A stretch of 64,000 nt of DNA from Squalus acanthias (Eukaryota): positions 140,184,001-140,248,000 of the forward strand of contig CM059432.1 of assembly GCA_030390025.1 (NCBI GenBank). Direction: 5' to 3'. Below, piece after piece: positions 39,067-51,730 of the stretch. Both the position numbers and the translations under genes were made by a program. The notes under the pieces are model-generated. The model searched no databases. It worked only from the letters and a program-made list of their open reading frames with translations, and was not told the origin of the DNA. Numbering within the stretch: position 1 is the first letter of the stretch; each line of letters begins with the position of its first letter.

Positions 39067-39335
39067 CTCGCACAGACCAGTTATCAGGAGCATCAGAAAG
39101 TTACTAAAACCCAAAGGCTACACGGGCCCCTTAAATACAGCTGAATCGAAGACGTCAGCAGAGGCGAGCAGCAGACTCGAACCCACTGATCGGGCCGGGT
39201 AATGCGCACGGCGGGCTCAATAAGCCCAATCTAATGAAAATCGTTATCTCAGTGCGGTTGGTACTGGCAGCGGGACCGGAACCCGCCAAACAACGAACCC
39301 GACGCGAACCCGTCTCCACTGGGAAAATCCTGCCC

Positions 39336-41240
39336 AAAGTATTTGTTTAATTTCTCTGCCATTTCTTTATTCCCCATTATAATTTCTCGTGTCTCAGCCT
39401 ATAAGGGACCCATATTTACTTTTGCTAATCTTTTCCTTTTTACATACCTATAGAAGCTTTTACAGTCTGTTTTTATGTCTCTCGCAAGTTTACTCTCATT
39501 TTCTATTTTCCCTTTCTTTATCAATTTCTTGGCCCTCCTTTGCAGAATTCTAAAATCCTCCCAATCCTCAGGCTTACTACTCTTTTTGACAACATTATAA
39601 GCCTCTTCCTTTGATCTAATACTATCTTTAACTTCTCTTGTTAGCCACGGTTGGACCACTTTCCTGTGGGGGTTTTTTGTGCCTTAAAGGAATGTATATT
39701 TGTTGTAAATTATGTATTAATTCTTTAAATGTTAGCCATTGCTTCTCTACTGTCATGTCTTTTAATGTAGTTTCCCAATCTACCTTACCCAACTCACCCC
39801 GTAGTTTGCTTTGTTTAGATTTCAGACCCTAGTTTCGGATTTACCTAAATCACTTTCAAACTCAATATAAAATTCTATCATATTATGGTCACTCTTCCCT
39901 AAAGGCCCCTTTACTACAAGGATATTAATGAACCCTTTCTTGTTGAACAATACTAGATCTAAAATAACAAGCTTTCGGAGCTATCGATCGCCCCTTCTTC
40001 AGGTAAAGTTACTATGAGTGAATCTACAAAAATTCACAGAATATAAACACAGAAAAAATGCAGAGATATCTGTTGGACTATAACCTGGTGTTGTGCGACT
40101 TCTCATTTTTGTCCACCCCAGTCCAACGCCGGCATCTCCGCATCAAGATCTAAAATAGCCTGTTCCCTAGTTTGTTCCTCAACATACTGATCTAGAAAAC
40201 TATCTTGCATACATTCCATGAATTCGTCCTCCACACTATTACTGCAAATTTGGTTTGTACTGGCGCCAATGCCCCATGAACTGAAACCCCTTCCTCCCAC
40301 ACCACTCTTTGAGCCACGCATTTAAATCTCTAATCTGTTTGTCCCTATGCCAATTGGCGCGTGGTTCAGGTAACAATCCAGAGATTATTACCCTTGAGGT
40401 TCTGCTTTTTAATTTGGACCCTAGCTCCTCAAACTCCCTCAGCAGAACCTCATTCCTAGTTCTACCTATGATGTTGGTTCCTACGTGGACCACGACAACT
40501 GGATCCTCCCCCCTCCCACTCCAAGTTCTCCTCCAGCCACGAGGAGATGTCTTTAACCCTGGCACCGGGCAGGCAACACCACCTTCGGAACTCCCGGTCG
40601 CGGCTGCAGGGAACAGTATCTGTCTCCCTGACTCTACTGTCCCATAACACAACTACATTCCCTTTCACTCCCCCCACTTGAATGGCCTCCTGCACCATGG
40701 TGCCATTTACACCCTCCTGTCCCTGACCACTAACCAGACCTGCACCACTACCTAACCTACGGGGTGTGACTGCCTCCTGGATCAAAGTGTCCAGGTAACT
40801 CTCCCCATCCCTGATGCCCCGCAAAGTCTACACCTCAGACTCCAGCTCAAAAACTCTAAGCTGAAGTTCCTCAAGATGCAGGCACTTACTGCAAACATGG
40901 TTGTCCAGGATCAAAATGCTCTCCACAAACTCCCACATGCTGCAGTTACGGCACACCACCTACACTGCCATCCCTATATGACCTTGTTTTATTTAATTTA
41001 ATTTAATTTAATTTGTAATTAGGTAACTTAGTTTACAGTGTAGTTTCTTGACTACTTACTTGATCTAGATTAAGTTAAGGGTACTGAGATCAAATATCTA
41101 CCTGTAACACAAAGCACTACAAGTAGTGCAGGCAAAAAGCAGCAACTCCTTCCCCCTCTTCTCCAAATTCTCACTCTTTCCAAATTCCCAAATAAAACAC
41201 TCTTCTTAAGTACACTCCGTTTAATGCCGCTCTGTGCAGA
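39336..41240 (-). mobile_element. CR1 LINE 5' part: ORF1 (SGNH esterase-like) and start of ORF2, decayed
   Basis: VVLWDSRVR (GDS-like), PVVVVHVGTN, VIISGLLPEP; QPWLTREVKDSIRSKEEAY. Confidence 0.85.
39967..40145. mobile_element. Penelope-derived insert (inverted hammerhead remnant plus pLTR tail)
   Basis: 12-bp TSD agatctaaaata; ends ccggcatctccgcatc like 28727. Confidence 0.8.
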
Positions 41241-41669
41241 CCACTCTGTGCTCTGATGAGAATTTTAAAATCGAGTCGTTGCTTAGCAACAAGTCTAAAA
41301 TTTAGCTTGACCTTGTCCAAACTTTGCTCCAAATTAATTGATTCAATGAATACAAATTGGGATGAATTTTAAGGCTCTTTGGGCATTTAAATGCAATAAG
41401 AATGTTTACTAATGGCCAGAATATTCCACACTCAGTGCGAGCATAGAAGGATTTAGAACGTTGCCCTTTTGTCTGAGGCCCGATGGCATGGATTGGGGAG
41501 CTGTATGTACCTGATTCTCAATTGGCATAGTGGCAGGTGAGCTGGACAGATCAGTCCCTCTGTGACCCAGTGGCAACTCTCACACTCACATTGAACAACT
41601 TCTCTTTTAACTCCACTCACTTCCTCCAAATCAAAGGTGTTGCTATGGGAACCCGCATGGGTCTTAGCT

Positions 41670-41773
41670 TATAACAACAGAAAATGCTGGAAAAACTCAG
41701 CAGGCCAGGCAACATCCGTGGAGAGAGAAACAGAGTTAACGTTTCAGGTCGAAACCCTTCGTCGGAACTGAGA
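41670..41773 (-). mobile_element. 104-bp pLTR/hammerhead fragment inserted in the Penelope ORF
   Basis: 11-bp TSD gggtcttagct; reverse match to 43225-43324; core reads CCGACGA. Confidence 0.85.
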
Positions 41774-43225
41774 GGGTCTTAGCTATGCCTGCCTTTTCGT
41801 GGGATATGTGGAACATTCTTTGTTCCAGCCCTACTCAGGTCCCCTCCCTCACCTCTTTTTCCAGTACATTGATGACTGTATCGGTGCTGTTTCCTGCTCT
41901 CGCCCTGAACTAGATAATTTCATTCACTTTGCTTCCAATTTCCACCCTTCCCTCACCTTCACATGGTCCATCTCCGATTCTTCCCTTCCCTTCCTCGACT
42001 TCTCCGTCTCCATCTCTGGGGATAGGTTATTGGCAAACATTCACTACAAGTCCACAGCTACCTGGACTACACTTCCTCCCACCCCGCTTCCTGTAAGGAC
42101 TCTATTCCATTCTCCCAGTTCCTCCGTCTCTGCCGCATCTGCTCTGACGATGCCACCTTCCATAGCAGTGCTTCCGACATGTCTTCCTTTTTCCTCAACC
42201 GAGGATTCCCCTCTACTGTGGTTGACACGGCCCTTAACTGCGTCCGTTCTATCTCCCGCACTTCTGCTCTTACCCCTTCCCCTCCCTCCCAGAACCACGA
42301 TACGGTTCCCCTTGTCCTCACCTTTCACCCCACCCGCCTCCACCTTCAACGGATCATCCTCCGCCATTTCCGCCACCTCCCGCGTGATCCCACCACCAAA
42401 CACATCTTCCCCTCACCTCCCCTTTCAGCATTCCGAAGGGACCGCTCCCTCCGCGACACCCTGGTCCACTCCTCTATCACCCCCAACACCCCTTCCCCTT
42501 TGCCCGGCACCTTCCCGTGCAAGCGCAGAAGATGAAACACATGCCCTTATACCTCCCCCCTTCCCACTGTCCAGGGCCCCAAACACCCCTTCCAGGTGAA
42601 ACAGCGATTTACTTGTACTTCTTGCAATTTAGTATACTGTATTCAGTGCTCACGATACGGTCTCCTCTACATTGGCGAGACCAAACGCAGATTGGGTGAC
42701 CGCTTTGCGAACACCTCCGTTCAGTCCATAAGGGGGACCCTGAGCTTCCGGTCGCCTGTCACTTTAATTCTCTGCTCCGCTCCCACTCTGACCTCACCGT
42801 CCTCGGCCTCTTGCATTGTTCCACGGAAGCTCAACGTAAGCTCGAGGAACAGCACCTCATCTTTCGATTAGGTACTTTACAGCCTTCTGGACTCAACATA
42901 GAGTTCAACAATTTCAGACCATAACCTCGGCCCCTATCAGATATATATTTTTTATCCACACTTTTGTTTGTGCCTTTTGTTCTTCTCTCCCACATGGCAG
43001 CTGTCTTTCATTCTGCCAGCGCAATTCACACTTCATCTCGCGCCATCCTTTGTTTCTTAACCTGTCCCATTACCATCTCCTTTTGCCTTGAATATCTCTT
43101 AATGTCTCTTAACCTCTCCTGCCTTCTATCCTATCACAGACCTTCCCTTTTGTTCTTTCATCCCCTCCCCCCTTTCCCAGCCCCTACACTTGCTTAAAAG
43201 TCTGTTCCATTTCCTGCTTTTTTCC

Positions 43226-43262
43226 AGTTCTGACGAAAGGTCATCGACCTGAAACGTTAATT
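43226..43262 (+). ncRNA. Minimal hammerhead ribozyme motif (second family) in the Penelope pLTR
   Basis: agtt-CTGACGA-a-aggtc(atc)gacct-GAAA-cg-TT-aatt; palindromic ACGT. Confidence 0.75.
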
Positions 43263-43429
43263 CTGTTTCTCTCCTCACAGATGCTGCCTGACCTGCTGAG
43301 TATCTCCAGCATTTTCTGTTTTTATCTCACACTCACATATTGACCTCGATGAAAAATTAGTTTTAGTTCAGTAAAACCTGAATTTTGGATGCTTGAGTCT
43401 GACTAAATCTGATACTTTTCCTCACTGAC

Positions 43430-44050
43430 ATCCTCAGCTCATCCGCTGCTGACACCCTCATCCATGCCTTTGTTACCTCTAGACTGAACTATTCCAACGC
43501 ACTCCTGGCCGGCCTCCCTCTTTCTACCCTCCATAAACTTGAGGTCATCCGAAACTCTGCTGCCCGTGTCCTAACTCGCAAGTCCTGTTCACCCATCACC
43601 CCTGTGCTCGCTGACCTACACTGGCTACCGGCTAAGCAACGCCTCGATTTTAAAATTCTCAACCTTGTTTTCAAATACCTCCTTGGCCTCGCACCCCCCC
43701 TCCATATCTCTATATCTCCTCCAGCCCCACAGCCCTCCAAGATAACTGCGCTCCTCCAATTCTGGCCTCTTGAGTATCCTCGATTTTAATTGCTCCACGA
43801 TTGGTGGCCGTGCCTTCAGCTGCCTCGGCTCTAAGCTCTGGAATTCCCTCCCTAAACCTCTCCACTCTCAACTCTCTTTCCTCCTTTAAGACGCTCCTTA
43901 AAACCTACCTCTTTGACCAAGCTTTTGGTCATCTGCCCTAATATTTCCTTATGTGGCTCGGGGTCAAACTTTATTTGATAACGTTCCTGTGAAGCGCCTT
44001 GGGACGTTTGACTACATTAAAGGTGCATTTTAAATACAAGTTGTTGTTGT
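43430..44050 (+). mobile_element. L2 LINE 3' fragment
   Basis: LADLHWLPAKQRLDFKIL; (ttg)n tail. Confidence 0.88.
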
Positions 44051-44219
44051 TGACACTGCTGGACTGCGTTACCTGCATGAACCAAGGCTAGCAAAGACGT
44101 AGAGAAACTATTTCCTCTGGTGGGGGGAGTCCAGAACAAGGTGGACATAACCTTAAAATTAGAGCTAGGCCGTTCAGGGATGATGTCAGGAAGCACTTCC
44201 TCACACAAAGAGTAGGAAG

Positions 44220-45432
44220 GAAGGAAGCCTTGCATTTACACAGCACCTTTCACAACCACCGGACGTCTCAAAGCACTTTACAGCCAATGAAGTACAGTCA
44301 CTGTTGTAATGTAGGAAACGCAGCAGCCAATTGGCACACAGCAAGCTCCCACAAACAGCAATGTGAAAATGCCCAGGTAATCTGTTTTTGTTGGGCCAAA
44401 AATTCGGCCCTTCCCGGGTGAGTACTCAGTCCGTACTCACCCGTAATGCGTCCCGAAGTGCCGGTTTCCTGCATGCACTGCGCATGCGCGGGAAACCGGA
44501 ACTTCCGGTATGGTGAAGGGGGCGGTTCATAGGTGAACCGCGTGCGCGGTAGAGGCTGCGCGCACGCAGCAAACTTAGATTTTTTTTCAGGTTTCTCCGG
44601 GAGGGTAAGTATTGAAGAAACTACGCTATTAAAAAAGAGGCGTAGGACCCGTTTTCAACAAGGTAAGTGGTTAATTAAGTATAATTAAAAAAAAATTTCA
44701 ACAGGTTTATCTTTTTTAGATACTTTAAAGAAAGGTAAGTTTATTTTTATCACTTTTAAAAAGTATTTTAATTTTTTCAAAAATTTAAATTTTTGTTTAA
44801 AGTGGTTAATTTATTTAACTATAGTTATGGGTTTTTAAAAGAAATTATTTTAAGTTTAGCTGTTCTTTTGGGGCCGATTTCAATTCACAGATTTGACAGG
44901 TCTCCTGTCAAATCTATGAATGAAAGATGGTCTGCTGCCATTGGCTCTCCATGGCCCACGTGATCACAGGGGACGCATCACACTAACTACGCCTCTGGGA
45001 CACGCAAGCACTGCGCGCCGGCTCTTGGGAGAGGCCCAGGAGCTGAAGTTCCCGTGGGCCCAAAACACAACAGCAGGCGCGGTAGGTAAGAGCAGCGCGC
45101 GATCCTTACCCCCGCGGCAAGCCGGAGAGGCGAATTTCTGGGCCGTTATGTTGGTTCAGGGGGAAATATTGACCAGGACACCGGGGATTACTCCCCTGCT
45201 CTTCTTCAAAATAGTGCCATGGGATCTTTAACATCCACCTGAGAGGGCAGACAGGGCCTTGGTTTAAGATCTCATCTGAAAGACGGCACCTCCGACAGTG
45301 CAGCGCTCCCTCAGTACTGCACTGGAGTGTCAGCCTAGCTTTATGTGCTCAAGTACCTGGAGTGAGACTTGAACCCACAACCTTCTAGACTCAGAGGCGA
45401 GAGTGCTACCAACTGAGCCACAGCTGACACTG
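44220..45432 (-). mobile_element. Full-length tRNA-SINE interrupted by a MITE
   Basis: SINE is contiguous across 44393-45144. Confidence 0.85.
44393..45144. mobile_element. Harbinger-type MITE (hairpin family), 752 bp
   Basis: TIR gggccaaaaattcg / cgaatttctgggcc; TSD GTT. Confidence 0.9.
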
Positions 45433-45655
45433 TGGAAGTAGTGGAAGTCTGGAACTCTCTCTCCCCAAAAAGCTGCTGAGGCTAGGAGTCAATTGAAAAT
45501 TGCAGAACTGAGATTGACAGATTTTTGTTAGGTAAGGGTATTAAGGGTTACGGAACCAAGCTGGGTAAATGGAGTTAAGGTACAGATCAGCCACGATCTA
45601 ATTGAATGGCGGAACGGGCTCGAGGGGCTGAATGGCCTCATCCTGTTCCTATGTT
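45433..45655 (+). mobile_element. CR1 3' end
   Basis: Matches 16050-16266. Confidence 0.75.
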
Positions 45656-46516
45656 CTTCTGTTCCAAAGTATTGAATGATTGCACAAATGTGCTTCGTAT
45701 TCAGTATTATAAACTTAGAAAACGCCTTTCCCCGCGATTTTTGAAATTGGGCTCTGTGATTGGCAGTAGCTGTTGTCAAAGAATGAAGATCAGCATCACT
45801 TGTCAATAAAAGGCATTATTATGGAATTTCACCTTTGATTAAAAAACTACATTTTAAAAAATCAAATTTGCAGTACCTTTGATAAGATGCATATTTTCAT
45901 CTTTAAACATGAATAATGGAAACCACTTTTGAGGCGAGGAACCTCTAAAAACAAGGAGATTTTAAAGCGTTTGTTGTTTCTTTGGCAGCTTGCAGCCAAG
46001 TGAGTATATAGTGGAGATCAATAAGCCCCAATCCACCGTGTGTGAGGCAAGAGCTAGTGGATTGAGTCCAACTTCATAACATATGTTCTGTTACAGGGAA
46101 AAGAAAATCTGTTGCAGATTATAAATGATCTGAGTTGGAAATTGGTGCAAATATATACGCAGGAACTCCGGATGCCTCAGCAGGACCAGTGTACCTCACA
46201 GTGTGGCACAGAGCCATGGGAAAAAAAGGGAGGGCTCCCGTTCAATTCTTGGTGTGTGTTGGGTTAGTTAGTTTTCAGCCAAACCAGCAGTGGGGGCCTA
46301 TAGTTGGCCCTCATCCTCCGAGCTACAGAGCAAAAAGCAGCCCGGGTTCCCCCCACTCCTAGTTGCTATCCAGTGACCTCTGCTGGGAAGTATGCACGGG
46401 TGAACAAAATTGAGCTTGGCGAGTGGTGGCCTCCTTGTTCAATTGGGAGTTTTGGCAGCGCAGAGCCAAATTTGGCCATGTGGTGCCCATGTTTATCCTC
46501 CAGAGACTTGAGCCCA

Positions 46517-47780
46517 TAATAAGAAGTAGGAGCAGGAGTAGGCCATATGGCCCTTCGGGCCTGCTCCGCCATTCAATAGGATCATGGCTGATCCGAACCT
46601 AGACTCACGTCCACTTCCCTGCCCGCTCCCCATAACCCTTAATTCCCTTATCAGCTAGGAAACTGTCTATCTCCATTTTAAATTTATTTAATGTCGCAGC
46701 TTCCACAGCTCTCTGAGGTAGCAAATTCCATAGATTTACTACCCTCTGAGTGAAGAAGTTTCTCCTCATCTCAGTTTTGAAAACGGCAGCCCCTTATTCT
46801 AAGATTATGCCCCCTAGTTCTAGTCTCACCCATCAGTGGAAACATCCTCCCCGCCTCCACCCGATCAAGCCCCCTCACAATCTTATGGGCCAAAAATTGA
46901 TGCCGCTATGCGAGAGTACGCACTGCGTACTCTCGCGTATTCTCTCTCCAATTGCCGGTTTTCTGCATGCACTGCGCATGCGCTGAAAACCGGCACTTGG
47001 TTTTTGGAAAAGGGGGCGGTTCCTCGGTGCACCGCGTGCGCGCTACAGGCTGCGCGCACGCTGTGCACTTAGTGCTTTGGACGCGCATGTAAGGACGGAA
47101 GATTTTAGAAATGAAAAAAGGAGGAGTAAGACCCACTTTTAACAAGGTAAGTAGTGAATTAAGTATTATTTTGATTTTTTTTTAACATGTATATCTTTTT
47201 TAGAGACTTTAAAGACAGGTAAGTTTATTTTTATAACTTTTTAAAAGATATTAAATTTTTTCAAAAATTTTATTTTTTATTTAAAATGGTTAATTTATTT
47301 AACTATACTTATTTTATTAATGTGATGGTTTTTTTAAAATTTAATTGAGGTTTAGCTGTTATTTTGGGGGTGTGTAAGATTCATAGCTTTCACAGCACCT
47401 ATGTGAAACTTATGAATGGAAGATGGTGTGCTGCCATTGGCTCTAACTGAGTCACGTGATCCCACAGCTCGCACGAATTCACTACGCCGGTGGGATACGC
47501 AAGCACTGCCCAGCTGATGTCTAGAACATCAAGTTCGTGCGAGCTGGATCTGAAAAAGCCAACGCGGAGTGAGAGATCGCGCCTGCTCCTTACCCCCGCG
47601 GGAACAGAGCGAGATCAATTTCTGGGCCATTATGTTTCGATAAGATCGCCTCTCATTCTTCTGAATTCCAATGAGTAGAGGCCCAACCTACTCAACCTTT
47701 CCTCATAAGTCAACCCCCTCATCTCCGGAATCAACCGAGTGAACCTTCTCTGAACTGCCTCGAGAGCAAGTATATCTTTT
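46517..47780 (-). mobile_element. CR1 3' fragment interrupted by a MITE
   Basis: LGLYSLEFRRMRGDLIET continues across the insert. Confidence 0.85.
46887..47628. mobile_element. Harbinger-type MITE (hairpin family, divergent), 742 bp
   Basis: TIR gggccaaaaattgat / atcaatttctgggcc; TSD not clean. Confidence 0.85.
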
Positions 47781-47789
47781 CTGACTATC

Positions 47790-48168
47790 CAGGCTGACAC
47801 TCCCAGTGTGGTGCTGAGGGAGCGCTGCACTGTTGGGGGTGCCGTCTTTCTGATGAGACGTTAAACCGAGGTTCCGTCTGCCCTGTCAGGTGGATGTAAA
47901 AGATCCCATGGCACTATTTCGAAGAAGAGCAGGGGGGGAGTTCTCCCCGGTGTCCTGGGCTAATATTTATCTCTCAATCAATATCACTAAAACAGATGAT
48001 CTGGTCATTTATTCATTGCTGCTTGTGGGAGCTTGCTGTGCGCAGATTGGCTGCCGCGTTTCCTTACATTACAACAGTGACTACACTCTAAAAGGAACTT
48101 AATTGCTTGTAAAGTGCGTTGGGACGTCCTGAGGTTACGAAAGGCGCGATATAAATGCAAGTCTTTCT
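47790..48168 (+). mobile_element. tRNA-SINE, 5'-truncated
   Basis: Core and tail match other copies. Confidence 0.85.
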
Positions 48169-49528
48169 ATAAGCGTAATTGATAAATTGTACGCAGTTTG
48201 TGCCCAAATTTGCGGTCGTTGCATTTTCACTGGGTGAAGATCTTGCGCTCAGGTGCTGAAGAGGAAAAATCTGGGCCTTGGTGTCTCAGGTCACATGAAG
48301 AGTAACTGCTTCAGTGAGGTACTGAGGGAATGCTGCCACTGATTGAACTGTCACTGCCTTCACTCCCAGCATGAATTATTGCCTTCAGCACAGGAGGGGC
48401 AAGGGGAACACATTTGAAGGAGAAAAACATACACTTTAAATATAAGCTGCTGCTTTACATTTGAAAAGGTTGCAAAATCTCAGATTTAACAAAATCCACA
48501 AGTAATCTAATTGTTACATTTAATCAAAAATACTCCTATTACATCTATCATCGAATCTCCTTGTAAATACAGAGCAATAACTGGTTGATAAATATTTGGT
48601 AAAAGCGTTCAAGATGTGTTACTAATTTATGTTCCATATTTGGCTTTTTTATTTCCCATTAAATAACCATTGAATCTCGTTCCGTGAACTACACCATTTA
48701 ACCTCCAGTAAGGTCCATTTTTAAATGTCAATGATATGGAACATTTTCGCATGTAGCTACCCAGAGCGTACTGGCTGTCGAGCGATCAGATCAGTCATTA
48801 ATCCCTAATTAAGTCCATCGTCACATGTCAACTACACTGGCTGCCGGGGTGGTCACTGAGACCTGTTGCTGGCAAAAAAGGACCCAAATGGGGGGGGGCG
48901 GGGGGAAAGCCATTCCCATGAGCTCCATAACACATACCATGAAAAGAATGGATACATGGGAGCTGAAATGTGATCTTGGGGCTCTGATGGCGATTCTGAT
49001 CTTGCCGCTCATGGATCATGATGTAATCGTGATGGGATTACTGGTTCCTAATTACTCCTAGCTATCCATTACAATCTGCTTTGATCAGTTATACCGTTTG
49101 ACATGAATCTTGTCATTCATGTGGAAATGACTTATGAAATAATATTGGGCGGCCTGCTAGTGGTGCTGTCCAGGGAGAGTATAAATACTCGGGCATGGGC
49201 CCAGCTTGCTCAGGACATTCTTTAACAGGAACTAGTGAAGGACACAACTAGATCGCCATGTTGAAAAACAGTTGATTAAAGCTTTGTTTAATGCTTAGAC
49301 CAAGTGCCTAGTAGTTTTCTTACGTCACCGTTCTTCAGGCTTTATGCCACGTGCGTACAGAGAATGACGATGTACTTCTTACGTGTACGTAATGGCGACT
49401 ATAACATGGGCGAGTGACTTGTTCGTAGGTGTGACTTGTATAGTCTGGATTTCTGAGTATTCAGAGCATTGCTGGTATCACGTTGTGAAGCAAAGCTTTG
49501 TAGCCTAGATATTTCCGTTTGTGATACC

Positions 49529-50288
49529 GGCCCGTAATTTCCGATAGGAGGCTTCCTGCGTGCGGAGGCCTCCTGTCGGAAAAAACTCTACGCCCTTACC
49601 TGAGGGCTCCCGAGGTCCGGACACTTCTGCTCCTGGGCCTCTCCACAGTCGAAATGCGCAGGGCCCACGTATCCCAGGGGCGCAGGCGGTTCGCAAGCAT
49701 CCCTGGGATCACATGGGCCAGGTCAGCCAATAGGAGAAGGGAATCTCCCTTCATCCTTTTGACAGATAGACCCGTCAAATATATGAATGGAGATCACCCC
49801 AAAAACACATCAAAACATTAAATAAATTTTAAAAAACCATCACGTTTTTAAAATGAGTTAAAATTACATGAAATTAAATATTTTAAACAAAAATTCAATT
49901 TTTTGAAATAAATAATTAAAGTTTTTTACGGGGCTAAAAATAAACGTACCTTTTTTAATAGTATTTTTAAATTATAAATGAGTGAAAAAAACATTTTAAA
50001 AACTTTTTAAAACTCTTATGCTGGTAAAAGAAGGCCTTACGCTTGCTTTTACCAGGCGTAAGATTTTTAAGTGATTTCAGCGGGCGGAGGTTCTGCAGAA
50101 AGCGGAACTCTCGACCCGCAGAGGCCCTTCTCCAGGGCAGGCGTGCGATCTGTCAAGAGCATTCTTGACAGATTGGAAATGCCGGTTTTCAGCGCATGCG
50201 CTTCGCATACCTGAAACCGGCATTTCCGATGTCCCTACGGGTGAGTACACAGCGCGTACACACCCGCAGGGATCGGTAAATACGGGCC
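49529..50288. mobile_element. Harbinger-type MITE (hairpin family), 760 bp
   Basis: TIR ggcccgtaatttccgat / atcggtaaatacgggcc; flanks acc/atc. Confidence 0.85.
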
Positions 50289-51267
50289 ATCCGCAAATGA
50301 AAGATAAGCAATCAAATCGCATTCTTCTGTCTGCCGTTTTAACAGGCCCCTAACGGTTTATTTTAAAGCATTTGTTCGCTAACACAGCAATCATTAACCT
50401 GTGGGCTCAGCATTAGCCCCATGGCAACGGGCATCGTTTCTAGGGAGCACTCCACATAAAAGAAGTCCTTTTCCTTCAACAATTTAAAAGTTAAGCAATG
50501 AGTCTTGTGCACTTGTGGTTGAATTTTTTTTAAAGTATTTACTTCTTTGTGCCTCACTCCTTGAACATAAAACCAGTTGTACATCTGTACTGGCTTTTGT
50601 CACCTCCCTTACTCACTGTGCACAGACCACCCCTCTCACTTCTGCTGCTACACAGAGGTTGGCTGTTTTACGGCCTGTTTGATTTATAAGCTCTCCTAAT
50701 GGGCAGTGTCAATTTTTTGTAACAACCAAGCCTGCATAGATTTGTTTTTGATAAGATATTCATTTGGATTGTTTGACAAGAACTTGCCGCGGACCGCAAA
50801 GAAAACCCCCCTGTCTTCAAATAGCTGTCGCGCTGGTTAAAAGAAGAATAAGGCTGCTCCTTTCTTTAGTATTTTAACTGCTGACAGTGCGACAGATTTA
50901 ATATCCATCGAGATGCCCAATTAGTCCTTGTAACTGTGTTACAAAGCTCCACTCACAGTTCAATTCCGCTCTCTAACACCAAACCACCTCCCAGGAGGAA
51001 AGTGCAGACCAATACCTTAGGGGAGGTAAGGCAACAACAGTGACCTTCTTGAAGTCAAACAAGGGCAGCAATCACAACCAACTGGACCACTAGTGAATGT
51101 AAACAGGAACCCAGATTCCCACCCAGCCAGAGAGAGCTCGAGGGACCAAGACCAAACAGATTGCTTCAACCTTCAAATACGTGCTGCCCTCAGTGTATAC
51201 ATAGTTACGCCAATAAACTTAACGCACCAATGTATTCTGGTGCAACTACTGATAAGCTATACTGATA

Positions 51268-51730
51268 GTGTCAGCCCTGGCTCACTTGGTAGCCCTCTCG
51301 CTGATTCACACAGGTCGTGGGTTCAAGTCCCACTTCAGAGACTTGAGCACAAAAATCTAGGCTGACGCTCCCAGTGCAGTACTGAGGGAGTGCCGCATTG
51401 TTGGAGGTGCCATCCTTTGGATGAGGCATTAAACAGAGGTCCCGTCTGGCCTGGACGTAAAAGATCCCACGGCACTATTTTGAACAAGAGCAGGGGAGTT
51501 CGCCCCAGTGTCCTGACCAATATTTATCCCTCAACCAACATCACTAAAACAGATTATCTGGTCATTATCATATTGCTGTTTGTGGGAGCTTGCTGTGCTC
51601 AAATGGTTGCCACGTTTCCTACATTATAACAGTGACTCCACTTCAATAGCTCTTTATTGGCTGTAAAGCACTTTGGAACGTCCTGAGGTCATGAAAGGCG
51701 ATGTATCAAATGCAAGTTCTTTTCTTTCTC
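51268..51730 (+). mobile_element. tRNA-SINE, full length
   Basis: A and B boxes, core, tail. Confidence 0.85.

Larger units (their letters stand above)
36721..39335 (-). mobile_element. PIF/Harbinger transposon, left end lost
   Basis: Terminus gggcaggattttccc (reverse complement at 39321-39335); Myb gene on minus, transposase tail on plus; flanked by minus-strand CR1. Confidence 0.88.
41592..43324 (+). mobile_element. Penelope-like retroelement, 5'-truncated (RT C-terminus, GIY-YIG endonuclease, pLTR), frameshifted
   Basis: GVAMGTRMG, QYIDDCIG, LPFLD, NLVYCIQCSRYGLLYIGETKRRLGDRF; 14-bp TSD tctcacactcacat. Confidence 0.92.
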
